The notes under the pieces were generated by a model. That model did no database searches and had not been told where the DNA came from. It saw only the letters and a program-made list of their open reading frames with translations. The position numbers and the translations under genes were made by a program. Positions 1 to 7,381 of a DNA stretch of 60,126 nucleotides are shown here, in pieces (the first letter of the stretch is position 1; each line of letters begins with the position of its first letter). The stretch spans positions 1 through 60,126 of the forward strand of contig DASWEU010000124.1 of NCBI GenBank assembly GCA_036394595.1, given 5' to 3'. This DNA is from Burkholderiales bacterium (GTDB taxonomy: Bacteria; Pseudomonadota; Gammaproteobacteria; Burkholderiales; SG8-39).

Positions 1-129
1 CCCGCCGCGCCAGCAGCCCCCGCTTCCACTTCACCGGCACCCGCCACCTCCGCGCACGCCCAGGACACGTTGGTGCAGGACGCACAATTGGCTCAGAACG
101 TCGCCGGCGAGGGTCGCAATCATGGGTGA
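1..129 (+). CDS. 3' end of an unidentified CDS entering from the left edge (Pro/Ala-rich C-terminus)
   Basis: Frame 1 is open from base 1 to TGA at 127-129 (PAAPAAPASTSPAPATSAHAQDTLVQDAQLAQNVAGEGRNHG*). GC is high like the core genome. No recognisable domain. Confidence 0.3.
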   Translation, partial: PAAPAAPASTSPAPATSAHAQDTLVQDAQLAQNVAGEGRNHG

Positions 130-187
130 ACAAGCAGTTCCGCGAACGCATCGAGAACGTCCCGCAATTCCTCCCCTTCCTTGACTC

Positions 188-721
188 TTGATATATGGGT
201 GTGATGTGGCCGTCAGGATGACGAAGCAGCAGCATCACCTTGATGCCCGTAGATCGAGTCCAAAGTTGAGAGAGTTTTGGCGACTCAACGCCTTTACGTC
301 GGAAAACATCATCGAGGCGGCTCTTGAGCATGCTGGGGGCTTGATGCCTGACGGAGAGTTCTCCCCCCTCTCCCTTCCCGTTGTGCTCGATCGGGTGGCG
401 CAAGCCATGGATGGGGCTGGCATGCAAACGCGCCTTGGCAAAGGGCGTGAGGACTATCAGGTGTGGGTGGAGATCGATGACATTAACCTTGCCAAGGAGA
501 TTGGCTGGTTCCGCTGGGGCTTCGGCGCGAAGATGAGTTTTCTATTCGCACTTAGGGTTTCTGGCGACCTGTCTTCGCACTGGAAGGATCAGCCGTCTGT
601 GCGGGTTGTGCTGCTGGAAGACGGCGACGGAATGCAGTTGATAGGTAAGCGTCGAGGCAAGTGTGTCTACGCCCCTAGGGAGGTCATTGTTTGGCGTGGC
701 GGTGTGATGGACCCGAAGTAG
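188..721 (+). CDS. hypothetical protein (islet gene A), no recognisable family
   Basis: ORF-track ORF with TTG at 188. In-frame GTG at 206 and ATG at 218 are alternative starts. No motif I can assign. GC is about 57% in hand-counted line 301-360, below the core genes. A short hairpin CCGTCC-CCG-GGACGG follows at 725-739. Confidence 0.5.
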   Translation: MIYGCDVAVRMTKQQHHLDARRSSPKLREFWRLNAFTSENIIEAALEHAGGLMPDGEFSPLSLPVVLDRVAQAMDGAGMQTRLGKGREDYQVWVEIDDINLAKEIGWFRWGFGAKMSFLFALRVSGDLSSHWKDQPSVRVVLLEDGDGMQLIGKRRGKCVYAPREVIVWRGGVMDPK

Positions 722-835
722 CGACCGTCCCCGGGACGGCGAGCGGACAGGGTGTATCGTCAGGCAAAGGAGCCTCGCGCCGAGATAATCAGTATGCCGT
801 CGAGGTTTAAAAAGTAACTTGGCGGGGAGGTCCTG

Positions 836-1390
836 CTGGAAAATCTAGAAGACCAACTTCGAGTAGAGCACCAAGTTCGAGAGGTCTACGCGCGATTCGG
901 GCTGACGATGTATCACGTGCAAGGGGTGGAACGTGAATTGGCGATGCTGCTCTGCACGGAGTTCGGGCCTGGATTGAAGAAGTTGACTCGGAGTGAACTC
1001 CGAAAGATGGTCGAGAGTAACAACCAGAAAACGTTCGGAACACTCGTCAAGAATTTGCGGAAGGTGATTAATGTTCCAGCCGATCTAGAGGCTCGATTGG
1101 GGAAGGCAGTGGATATTCGCAACGATCTTGCGCACGAATATTTTTGGGAGTGGGCTTACGAACTCACTACTTGGGAGGGCCGGGAGAAGATGATCGTGGA
1201 CTTAACAGAGGCCGCTGCGTTCTTGGAAACCTTAGACGAGGATTTGACGAACCTGAATGTAGCGTGGGCTAGACGTCATGGCATCACGGACAAGGGCCTT
1301 CAAAAACACGAACAGGAACTAATCGCCCGATTGAAAGCCAGCGGCGGCCCCAGGAAGTTAGGCGCGAGGCGTGGATCAAGAAAGGGGTAA
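836..1390 (+). CDS. HEPN-motif protein (putative RNase toxin/effector), islet gene B
   Basis: The ORF track gives 908-1390. It contains ..GKAVDIRNDLAHEYF.., an exact R-x4-H HEPN signature of the RNxxAH type, encoded at 1118-1135. The frame is open back to TAA 815-817 and reads as plausible protein (LENLEDQLRVEHQVREVYARFGLT). GGGGAGG at 824-830 lies 5 nt before an in-frame CTG at 836, so the 5' end is uncertain (836 or 908). GC is about 45% in hand-counted line 1021-1080. Confidence 0.6.
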   Translation: MENLEDQLRVEHQVREVYARFGLTMYHVQGVERELAMLLCTEFGPGLKKLTRSELRKMVESNNQKTFGTLVKNLRKVINVPADLEARLGKAVDIRNDLAHEYFWEWAYELTTWEGREKMIVDLTEAAAFLETLDEDLTNLNVAWARRHGITDKGLQKHEQELIARLKASGGPRKLGARRGSRKG

Positions 1391-1407
1391 TACCCCAAAA
1401 ATGGTCT

Positions 1408-2139
1408 ATGGCATTTGAGTGTTGGGCGTCGTGGCTGGGTGACTGCGAAGGTGGCCAGTCCCGAGAGCACTACATCAGCGCAAGCCTGTTCGCGCGTCGC
1501 GTGGAAGCACGAGGTTTCTCGTGGTGTCGCAATGAGTACAAAGCGATCGGGCTGAAAAGCGCAGTAGCGCGCATGCTGTGCAAGAAGCACAACCAAGCGC
1601 TTTCGCCATTCGACGCTGAAGCTGCAAAACTTAAAAACTTCTTAGTAGAAGAATTTTTAGAGAAGCCACAGGCGGATAACGCCATCAGAGTGAACGGCCA
1701 ACTCTTTGAGAGGTGGGCGCTCAAGACAATGATCAATCTCGGATTCGTGGAGGCGCTGGACCTTCAGCAAAGGAGCCAGCTACTGCCGCCGCCGCAAATT
1801 GTGGAGCATTTGTACCAAGGCGTCCGGAGAGGTAGAGGTGCGGGGCTGTACTACGTAGCCAGTTCCGTTGCAACGGAAAAACTCGAACGAGGGTTGTCGT
1901 GGCGCGCGGTCTCGGACGGCAATAACCCGCTCGCGATCGTTGGGATGACATTTATGTTCTTTGGGCTGCACTTCGTGTACATGCTTCCGGAGCGCCGAGC
2001 CGAAAAGAAGATTGCAGTTTGGGGTGAAGTTGATGGGATCAATTATTCAGCGGGAAAGATCACCTACCGTCCGCCCTTTATTCGCTACGCAAGTGGCGAT
2101 GGTGGCGGAACAAAGGTGATTAGATTTGATTGGCGCTGA
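1408..2139 (+). CDS. putative HNH_5-like His-Me-finger nuclease, islet gene C
   Basis: The N-terminus is C5..C13..SREH21YISASLF..C40RN42..LC58KKH61N62QALSPFD. This matches the pattern Cys..Cys..EH(I/V)x(P/S)xxL ... Asn ... (V/L)CxxCNxxLxxxD of HNH_5-type nucleases, with HN in place of CN. The C-terminal ~170 aa has no recognisable family. It starts 17 nt after gene B. GC is about 37% in hand-counted line 1621-1680. Confidence 0.5.
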   Translation: MAFECWASWLGDCEGGQSREHYISASLFARRVEARGFSWCRNEYKAIGLKSAVARMLCKKHNQALSPFDAEAAKLKNFLVEEFLEKPQADNAIRVNGQLFERWALKTMINLGFVEALDLQQRSQLLPPPQIVEHLYQGVRRGRGAGLYYVASSVATEKLERGLSWRAVSDGNNPLAIVGMTFMFFGLHFVYMLPERRAEKKIAVWGEVDGINYSAGKITYRPPFIRYASGDGGGTKVIRFDWR

Positions 2140-2142
2140 GAC

Positions 2143-2169
2143 GTAGCACGCGCGAACGCGAGGTGTTAC
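2143..2169 (+). terminator. imperfect hairpin after islet gene C (possible intrinsic terminator)
   Basis: GTAGCACGCGCG-aa-CGCGAGGTGTTAC starts 4 nt after the stop codon and is followed by GCTTTAAG. The stem has a mismatch and a G-T pair, and the T-tract is weak. Confidence 0.3.
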
Positions 2170-2361
2170 GCTTTAAGTGGCGTGCACAGGGGCGGCGGAC
2201 CTACTCAGTCGGGGTCCCCGTTCTGGTAGGGACTCCCCTTCCCTGCTAAGCGATTTTTCGGGTCTGACGCTGTGGGTAACTTCGCTATTGACCCGACATA
2301 CACATTGCACACCATATTCAATGCCCCTGGGACCTCAACCCGCCGCAAGTTCAAACCCCTG

Positions 2362-2562
2362 TCACTCTCCTTTTCGCCGGTGCCGGCTTGTCTCACTACT
2401 CTCGGTTTCCTGCCTCATTCGCTCGAATTTGATCAAAGAGATCGCCATCATGATGCGCTCCCTGTTCAATTCGTTCGTCGGGTAATCGAGCAAATACTGC
2501 AACTGTTCCTCGGCAGCTGCGAGCTTCGACAGAATCGGACCGCGTTTCGTTTTTTCGTCCAT
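2362..2562 (-). CDS. small hypothetical ORF (66 aa) in the islet tail; coding status doubtful
   Basis: Only an ORF-track ORF (MDEKTKRGPILSKLAAAEEQLQYLLDYPTNELNRERIMMAISLIKFE...). A perfect palindrome GGAAATTTCC at 2578-2587 lies 15 nt upstream of its ATG. No family recognised. Confidence 0.25.
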   Translation of the reverse strand: MDEKTKRGPILSKLAAAEEQLQYLLDYPTNELNRERIMMAISLIKFERMRQETESSETSRHRRKGE

Positions 2563-2697
2563 GCCTTACGAGTTGCAGGAAATTTCCTTTTTCGAGATTA
2601 TCAGTTGCCAAAACGAATCTCTGTCGTTGCACGTTGATTACTTGTAGTCCTTTTGGTCTACAGACGTAGCGTTTGGACTGAACTGTTCGCGCTCCTC

Positions 2698-4374
2698 CTA
2701 GCCACGCGACGCATAGAGCTGCCGGATCGGCTCTCCAAAACGCTGCTCGATCGCCGACCGCTTGATCTTCAGGGTCGGGGTCAGCAGGCCGTTCTCGACC
2801 GTCCAGGGTTCGACGCTGGCCCAGACTGCGCGCGGCGTGGCGTAGGACGGGAACTCCTTGAGCAGCTTCCCGAGGCGAGCCAGCAGGAATTTTCGGGCCG
2901 CCGGGGTATCGAGGGACCCGGCCTCGTGCCCCTTCAGGCCGAGCGCTGCCGCCTCGCGCAGCCAGGACTTGTGGTCCAGAACCGCCAGGGCCGCCAGGAA
3001 CGGCCGGTTCTCGCCGATGACGCAGACCTGCGCGAACAGCGGATCCATGCCGATGGCGAGTTCGAGGTCCGCAGGCGCGATCTTTTCGCCGCTGGAGGTG
3101 ACGATGATGTCCTTGATGCGTCCCTTGATCGAGATGCGGCCATCGTGGATCGCCGCCTGGTCGCCAGTATGCAGCCAGCCGCCCTCGATGGCGCGGGCCG
3201 TATCCTCAGGCCGATTGAGGTAGCCGACCATCACGTTCGGACCTTTCGCCTGCAATTCATCGTTGGCGCCGATTCGCACTTCGACGCCGGGAATCGGCCG
3301 TCCCACGGTCGCCAGGTCGTTATCGCCGGGTCGGTTGCAGCAGATGACCGGCGACGCTTCGGTCATGCCATAGCCTTGCAGGACCTCCATCCCCAGGCCG
3401 TCGAAGCGCCGGGCCACCGCGAGCGGCATGGCCGCGCCGCCGGTGACGGCGAAGCGCAGCCGGCCGCCGAATTGCGAGCGCAGCTTCCAGCCGACGAAAA
3501 GGTCGAGCACCGGCCAGCCCAGCCGCGCCACGAGGTTCTCCTGCAGCTTGGCGTAGATGCGCTCGTAGATGAGCGGCACGGAAACCAGGATGGTCGGGCG
3601 CACCTGGCGCAGGTCCTGCGCCAGGTCCTTCACCGAACGCGCATAGGCGACGCAGGAGCCGGCGGCGATCGGCAGGTAGTAGCCGACGGTGCGTTCGAAG
3701 GTGTGCGACAGCGGCAGGAATGAAAGGAAGAGGTCGCTGCTTCTGACCTCGACGATCTCCAGGATGGCCTGGACATTAGACACCACGTTGCGGTGGTTGA
3801 GCACCACCCCCTTGGGCCGCCCCGTGGTACCCGAGGTGTAGACGATGGCGGCGAGCGAATCCGGGGTGACGGCGGCAGGCGGAGCGTCGACCTCCCCGCC
3901 TTTTTGCAGCCACTCTTCCACCCAAACCGCACTACCCTCCTCCGGCTTTTCGAGGCACAGCACGCGCTTCAGCCCGGGAAATCGCTCGCGCATCGCGGTG
4001 AGCAATGTCCAGCGATGCGCGGATTCCACCAGGAGCAGCGCGGCGCCGCTGTCGCCCAGGATGTAGGCGATGCTTTCCGGATTGTCGATGGCATGCAAGG
4101 GCACCGGAACGAAGCCGAGCGAGAGCGCCGCCTGGTCCATGCAGAGGTGCTCGACGCAGCCGCGCGCGAGGATCGCGATGCGCGAACCGGCGGGCAGCGA
4201 TTCGCGCTGCAGCGCGCGGCGCCAGCGCTCGACGCTGTTGCCGAACTCGGCCCAGCTGTACGCCTGCCAGCGGCCGGCCGCGTGATCGTATTGCCGGTAC
4301 GCCGCGCCGTCCGGGGTGGCGGCGATGCGCTCGCGCAGAAGATCGGGAAGAGTCTTCACCGCGGCACGACGCAA
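2698..4374 (-). CDS. AMP-dependent synthetase/ligase (long-chain-fatty-acid--CoA ligase family)
   Basis: 558-aa ORF with the AMP-binding signature YTSGTTGRPKGV, plus TGD and GEKIAP motifs typical of acyl-CoA synthetases. Confidence 0.9.
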   Translation of the reverse strand: MRRAAVKTLPDLLRERIAATPDGAAYRQYDHAAGRWQAYSWAEFGNSVERWRRALQRESLPAGSRIAILARGCVEHLCMDQAALSLGFVPVPLHAIDNPESIAYILGDSGAALLLVESAHRWTLLTAMRERFPGLKRVLCLEKPEEGSAVWVEEWLQKGGEVDAPPAAVTPDSLAAIVYTSGTTGRPKGVVLNHRNVVSNVQAILEIVEVRSSDLFLSFLPLSHTFERTVGYYLPIAAGSCVAYARSVKDLAQDLRQVRPTILVSVPLIYERIYAKLQENLVARLGWPVLDLFVGWKLRSQFGGRLRFAVTGGAAMPLAVARRFDGLGMEVLQGYGMTEASPVICCNRPGDNDLATVGRPIPGVEVRIGANDELQAKGPNVMVGYLNRPEDTARAIEGGWLHTGDQAAIHDGRISIKGRIKDIIVTSSGEKIAPADLELAIGMDPLFAQVCVIGENRPFLAALAVLDHKSWLREAAALGLKGHEAGSLDTPAARKFLLARLGKLLKEFPSYATPRAVWASVEPWTVENGLLTPTLKIKRSAIEQRFGEPIRQLYASRG

Positions 4375-4382
4375 ATCGGCGG

Positions 4383-4850
4383 CTAGTTCAGGTTTTCCGG
4401 CTTGGGGACGGGCAGCCGGGCGACGGGGATGCCTTCGTCGATCAGCTCGTCGTGCTCGGCCTGGGTGGCCTGGCCGCGGATGGCGCGCGCGGGCGCCTGG
4501 TCGTAGAAGATCTTGCGGGCTTCAGTCGGAAATTCCTTGCCGACGTCCTCGCTCTTGGTGAGGAGCTCGTCAAGCATGCTCGAGTAAAGCATCTGGGCGA
4601 TGGCGAACGGATCCTTGCCTTCCATCGCGGGCGTCTTGGCGGGTGCCTTCGCCACCGGCTTCGGGGCTTCCTGAGGCGGTTGCGTGCCGAAATTGGCGCG
4701 GGTCGCGGACGGCACGCGCTCGACGCTGACCGTACTGCAGGTGGGGCAGGCAAGCAGGCGCCGCTTCTTCTGGGAGGCGAAGTCTTCCGCCGAATTGAAC
4801 CACCCCTCGAAACGGTGGCCGCCGGCGCAGAGCAGGTCGAATACGATCAT
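4383..4850 (-). CDS. DUF1178 family protein
   Basis: MIVFDLLCAGGHRFEGWFNSAEDFASQKKRRLLACPTCS matches the DUF1178 N-terminal zinc-ribbon-like pattern. The start is placed at the ATG at 4850 rather than the ORF-track 4949. Confidence 0.75.
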   Translation of the reverse strand: MIVFDLLCAGGHRFEGWFNSAEDFASQKKRRLLACPTCSTVSVERVPSATRANFGTQPPQEAPKPVAKAPAKTPAMEGKDPFAIAQMLYSSMLDELLTKSEDVGKEFPTEARKIFYDQAPARAIRGQATQAEHDELIDEGIPVARLPVPKPENLN

Positions 4851-4866
4851 CTGCACCGATTCTACA

Positions 4867-5607
4867 ATGGCGGGCATGACCCCCCTCTTCTTCCTGCACG
4901 GCGTCAGCGGCGGCAACAGCGCCTGGGACCGGCAGGTGGCGCATTTCACGAAGCTTGGCTATCGCTGCACGTCCTGGGACCAGCCGGGCTACGGGAAAAA
5001 CCCTGCGGTCGACCCCTACAACCTCGAGAACGTCGCCGCGGCGCTGAGAAAACTCGTTGGCGATGAAAAGGCTGTCCTCGTCGGCCACAGCATGGGCGGG
5101 CTGATCGCGCAGGAGTTCTACGCGCGCTATCCGGAAAGCGTCGCTGCCCTCGCCCTCTGCTTCACCAGCGCCGCCTTCGTCGGCGGCAGCGAGTTCTCCA
5201 ATCAGTTCGTCGAGCAGCGCATCGGTCCGCTCGATCGCGGCGAGACCATGGCCCAGCTTGCGCAGCGGCTGATGCCGGCGGCGCGCGGGCGCATCTCGGA
5301 CGAGAAAGGCTTTGAGCTGGCGGTGCGAATGATGGCGGCGCTATCGCCGGAGACCTACCGCAAGGCGGTCCATCTGTTGACGACCTTCGACCGGCGCGCC
5401 GAGCTGCCGAAAATCGCCGTCCCTACCCTGCTCGTTGCCGGCAGCGACGACACCACCGCTCCGGCGCGGCTGATGGCGCGCATGGCGGAAAAAATTCCCG
5501 GCGCCGAGCTGGTGGTGCTGGACGGCGCCGGGCACCTCGGTCCGATGGACCAGCCCGAGCGCTTCAACGCCGCGCTGGCGGGGTTCCTCGCCCGCCGCAA
5601 GCTATAG
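4867..5607 (+). CDS. alpha/beta hydrolase
   Basis: LFFLHGVSGG near the N-terminus and a GHSMGG nucleophile elbow. The start is placed at ATG 4867 (MAGMTPLFFLHG). The upstream part of the ORF-track ORF overlaps the divergent DUF1178 gene. Confidence 0.85.
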   Translation: MAGMTPLFFLHGVSGGNSAWDRQVAHFTKLGYRCTSWDQPGYGKNPAVDPYNLENVAAALRKLVGDEKAVLVGHSMGGLIAQEFYARYPESVAALALCFTSAAFVGGSEFSNQFVEQRIGPLDRGETMAQLAQRLMPAARGRISDEKGFELAVRMMAALSPETYRKAVHLLTTFDRRAELPKIAVPTLLVAGSDDTTAPARLMARMAEKIPGAELVVLDGAGHLGPMDQPERFNAALAGFLARRKL

Positions 5608-5615
5608 TTAGGCGC

Positions 5616-6914
5616 ATGGGCAGGTATCGCGAAGACCCGCTGGCGATTGCAAGGCTGGTCGAGGACGACCGCGTGCACCGCGACGTCTACACCGACCCGG
5701 AAGTGTTCGCGCTGGAGATGGAGCGGCTGTGGTCACGCTCCTGGATCTACGTCGGCCATGCGAGCCAGGTGCCGCAGGCCGGCGACTTCATCACGCTCGA
5801 CATCGCGGCGAAGCCGGTGCTCATGGTGCGCCAGGCCGACGGCGGCATCCGCCTGATGATGAACCGCTGCGCCCACAAGGGCACCAAGGTGGTGAACGCG
5901 CCCTCGGGCAACGCCGGCAAGACTTTCCGTTGCCCCTACCACGCCTGGACCTACCGCCTCGACGGCTCGCTCGCGATGATTCCATTGAAAGAAGGCTATG
6001 CCGGCACGCGGCTGAACGAAACTGGCTTATCCGAAATAAAAAATCTCTCCATTTACCGTGGATTCGTCTTCGTTCGTCTCTCCGAAAAAGGCATGGGCTT
6101 CAAGGAATTCTTCGGCGACTCGCTCTCCTCCATCGACAATCTCGCCGACCGCTCACCGCAGGGCGAGCTGGAGCTCACCGGCGGCTGCCTGCGCTACCTG
6201 CACAACTGCAACTGGAAGATGTTCGTCGAGAACCTCAACGACACCATGCATCCGATGATCGCCCACGCCTCCTCGGCCGGCACGGCGAAGCGACTGTGGG
6301 AAGGACAGCCGGCGGACAAGCCCAAGCCGATGGCGGTCGAGCAGTTCGTGCCCTTCGTCAATGGCTACCCGTTCTTCGACGAAATGGGCGTCAAGGTCTA
6401 CCCGCACGGCCACGGCTTTTCCGGCGTGCACTTCTCGATCCACTCGGCCTACTCGCCGATCAAGGAGTACGAGGCCGCGATGCGCAAGGCCTACGGCGAG
6501 CAGCGCGCCAAGCAGATCCTCGGCACCGTGCGCCACAACACGGTCTACTTCCCCAGCCTGACCATCAAGGGCGCCATCCAGTCGATCCGCGTGGCGCGGC
6601 CGCTGGCCGCCGACAGGACGCTGATCGAGTCCTGGACCTTTCGCCTGAAGGGCGCGCCCGACAGCCTGCTCGCGCGCACCGTGATGTACAACCGGCTGAT
6701 CAATTCACCCATGTCGGTAGTCGGCCACGACGACCTGCACTGCTACCGCTCCATCCAGGAGGGATTGGCGGCTTCCGGAAATGAATGGGTAAATCTTCAA
6801 AGAAACTTTTCTGAAAAAGAATTGAGCTCACCTGAGTTCGTCGGCAACGGCACCAGCGACGTCTCGATGCGCAACCAATTCCGCGCCTGGCGCGAACTCA
6901 TGTCGGCGGAATGA
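5616..6914 (+). CDS. aromatic ring-hydroxylating dioxygenase, alpha (Rieske) subunit
   Basis: Rieske motif CAHKG...CPYHAWTY, followed by a catalytic domain with conserved His residues (NDTMHPMIAH). Confidence 0.9.
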   Translation: MGRYREDPLAIARLVEDDRVHRDVYTDPEVFALEMERLWSRSWIYVGHASQVPQAGDFITLDIAAKPVLMVRQADGGIRLMMNRCAHKGTKVVNAPSGNAGKTFRCPYHAWTYRLDGSLAMIPLKEGYAGTRLNETGLSEIKNLSIYRGFVFVRLSEKGMGFKEFFGDSLSSIDNLADRSPQGELELTGGCLRYLHNCNWKMFVENLNDTMHPMIAHASSAGTAKRLWEGQPADKPKPMAVEQFVPFVNGYPFFDEMGVKVYPHGHGFSGVHFSIHSAYSPIKEYEAAMRKAYGEQRAKQILGTVRHNTVYFPSLTIKGAIQSIRVARPLAADRTLIESWTFRLKGAPDSLLARTVMYNRLINSPMSVVGHDDLHCYRSIQEGLAASGNEWVNLQRNFSEKELSSPEFVGNGTSDVSMRNQFRAWRELMSAE

Positions 6915-7381
6915 AGCGCGTCACTGAAAAGGACCTGGTGAAGTTCGTGGTGCAGGAGGCGCGCCTTCTCGACGAGAAGCGCTTCGACGAGTGGTATGAC
7001 CTGTTCGCCGACGACGGTTTCTACTGGGTGCCAGCGGTGTACGGCCAAAAAGACGCTCACCTTGAGAACTCGCTTGCCTACGAGGACAAGTTCCTGCTCA
7101 AACTCCGCGTCGAGCGCCTGAAGACTCCGAATGCATTCTCACAGCAGCCGGCAAGCCGCTGTCACCATCTGCTGCAGACTCCCGCAGTCGAAAATCTTCG
7201 TGAAATGAAACTGCGCACGGCATTTATCTACACCGAAACCCGGGGCGACGAATCACAGCGCTACGCCGCAACCGCCTGGCATACGCTGGTCCAGAAGAAA
7301 GGCGCCCTGCGCATCAAGCTCAAGCGCGTGGACCTCCTGAACTGCGATGCCATGCTGCCGTCGATCCAGCTCTTCCCGTGA
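6911..7381 (+). CDS. aromatic ring-hydroxylating dioxygenase, beta subunit (NTF2-like)
   Basis: FVVQEARLLDEKRFDEWYDLFADDGFYWVP is typical of RHO small subunits. It has an ATGA overlap with the alpha subunit stop. Confidence 0.85.
   Translation: MKRVTEKDLVKFVVQEARLLDEKRFDEWYDLFADDGFYWVPAVYGQKDAHLENSLAYEDKFLLKLRVERLKTPNAFSQQPASRCHHLLQTPAVENLREMKLRTAFIYTETRGDESQRYAATAWHTLVQKKGALRIKLKRVDLLNCDAMLPSIQLFP

Noticed and set aside
2310-2350. AGTTCAAACCCCTG, resembling a tRNA T-loop (GGTTCAAATCC), considered as a possible tRNA fragment marking an att site.
   Set aside because: The flanking 5-nt segments are not complementary (GCAAG / CCCTG), so no T-arm forms. No acceptor-stem or CCA context is present.
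2177-2637. Plus-strand ORFs of 102 and 121 aa in the islet tail.
   Set aside because: They overlap each other and the minus-strand small ORF. They have Ser/Pro/Leu-rich composition without motifs and have no SD. The region is treated as non-coding or regulatory.
4005-5066. 353-aa Arg-rich plus-strand ORF spanning the ligase, DUF1178 and hydrolase region, with neighbouring overlapping ORFs at 3793-4386 and 4570-5088.
   Set aside because: It crosses three independently supported genes on both strands and has no motifs. It is a high-GC shadow ORF.
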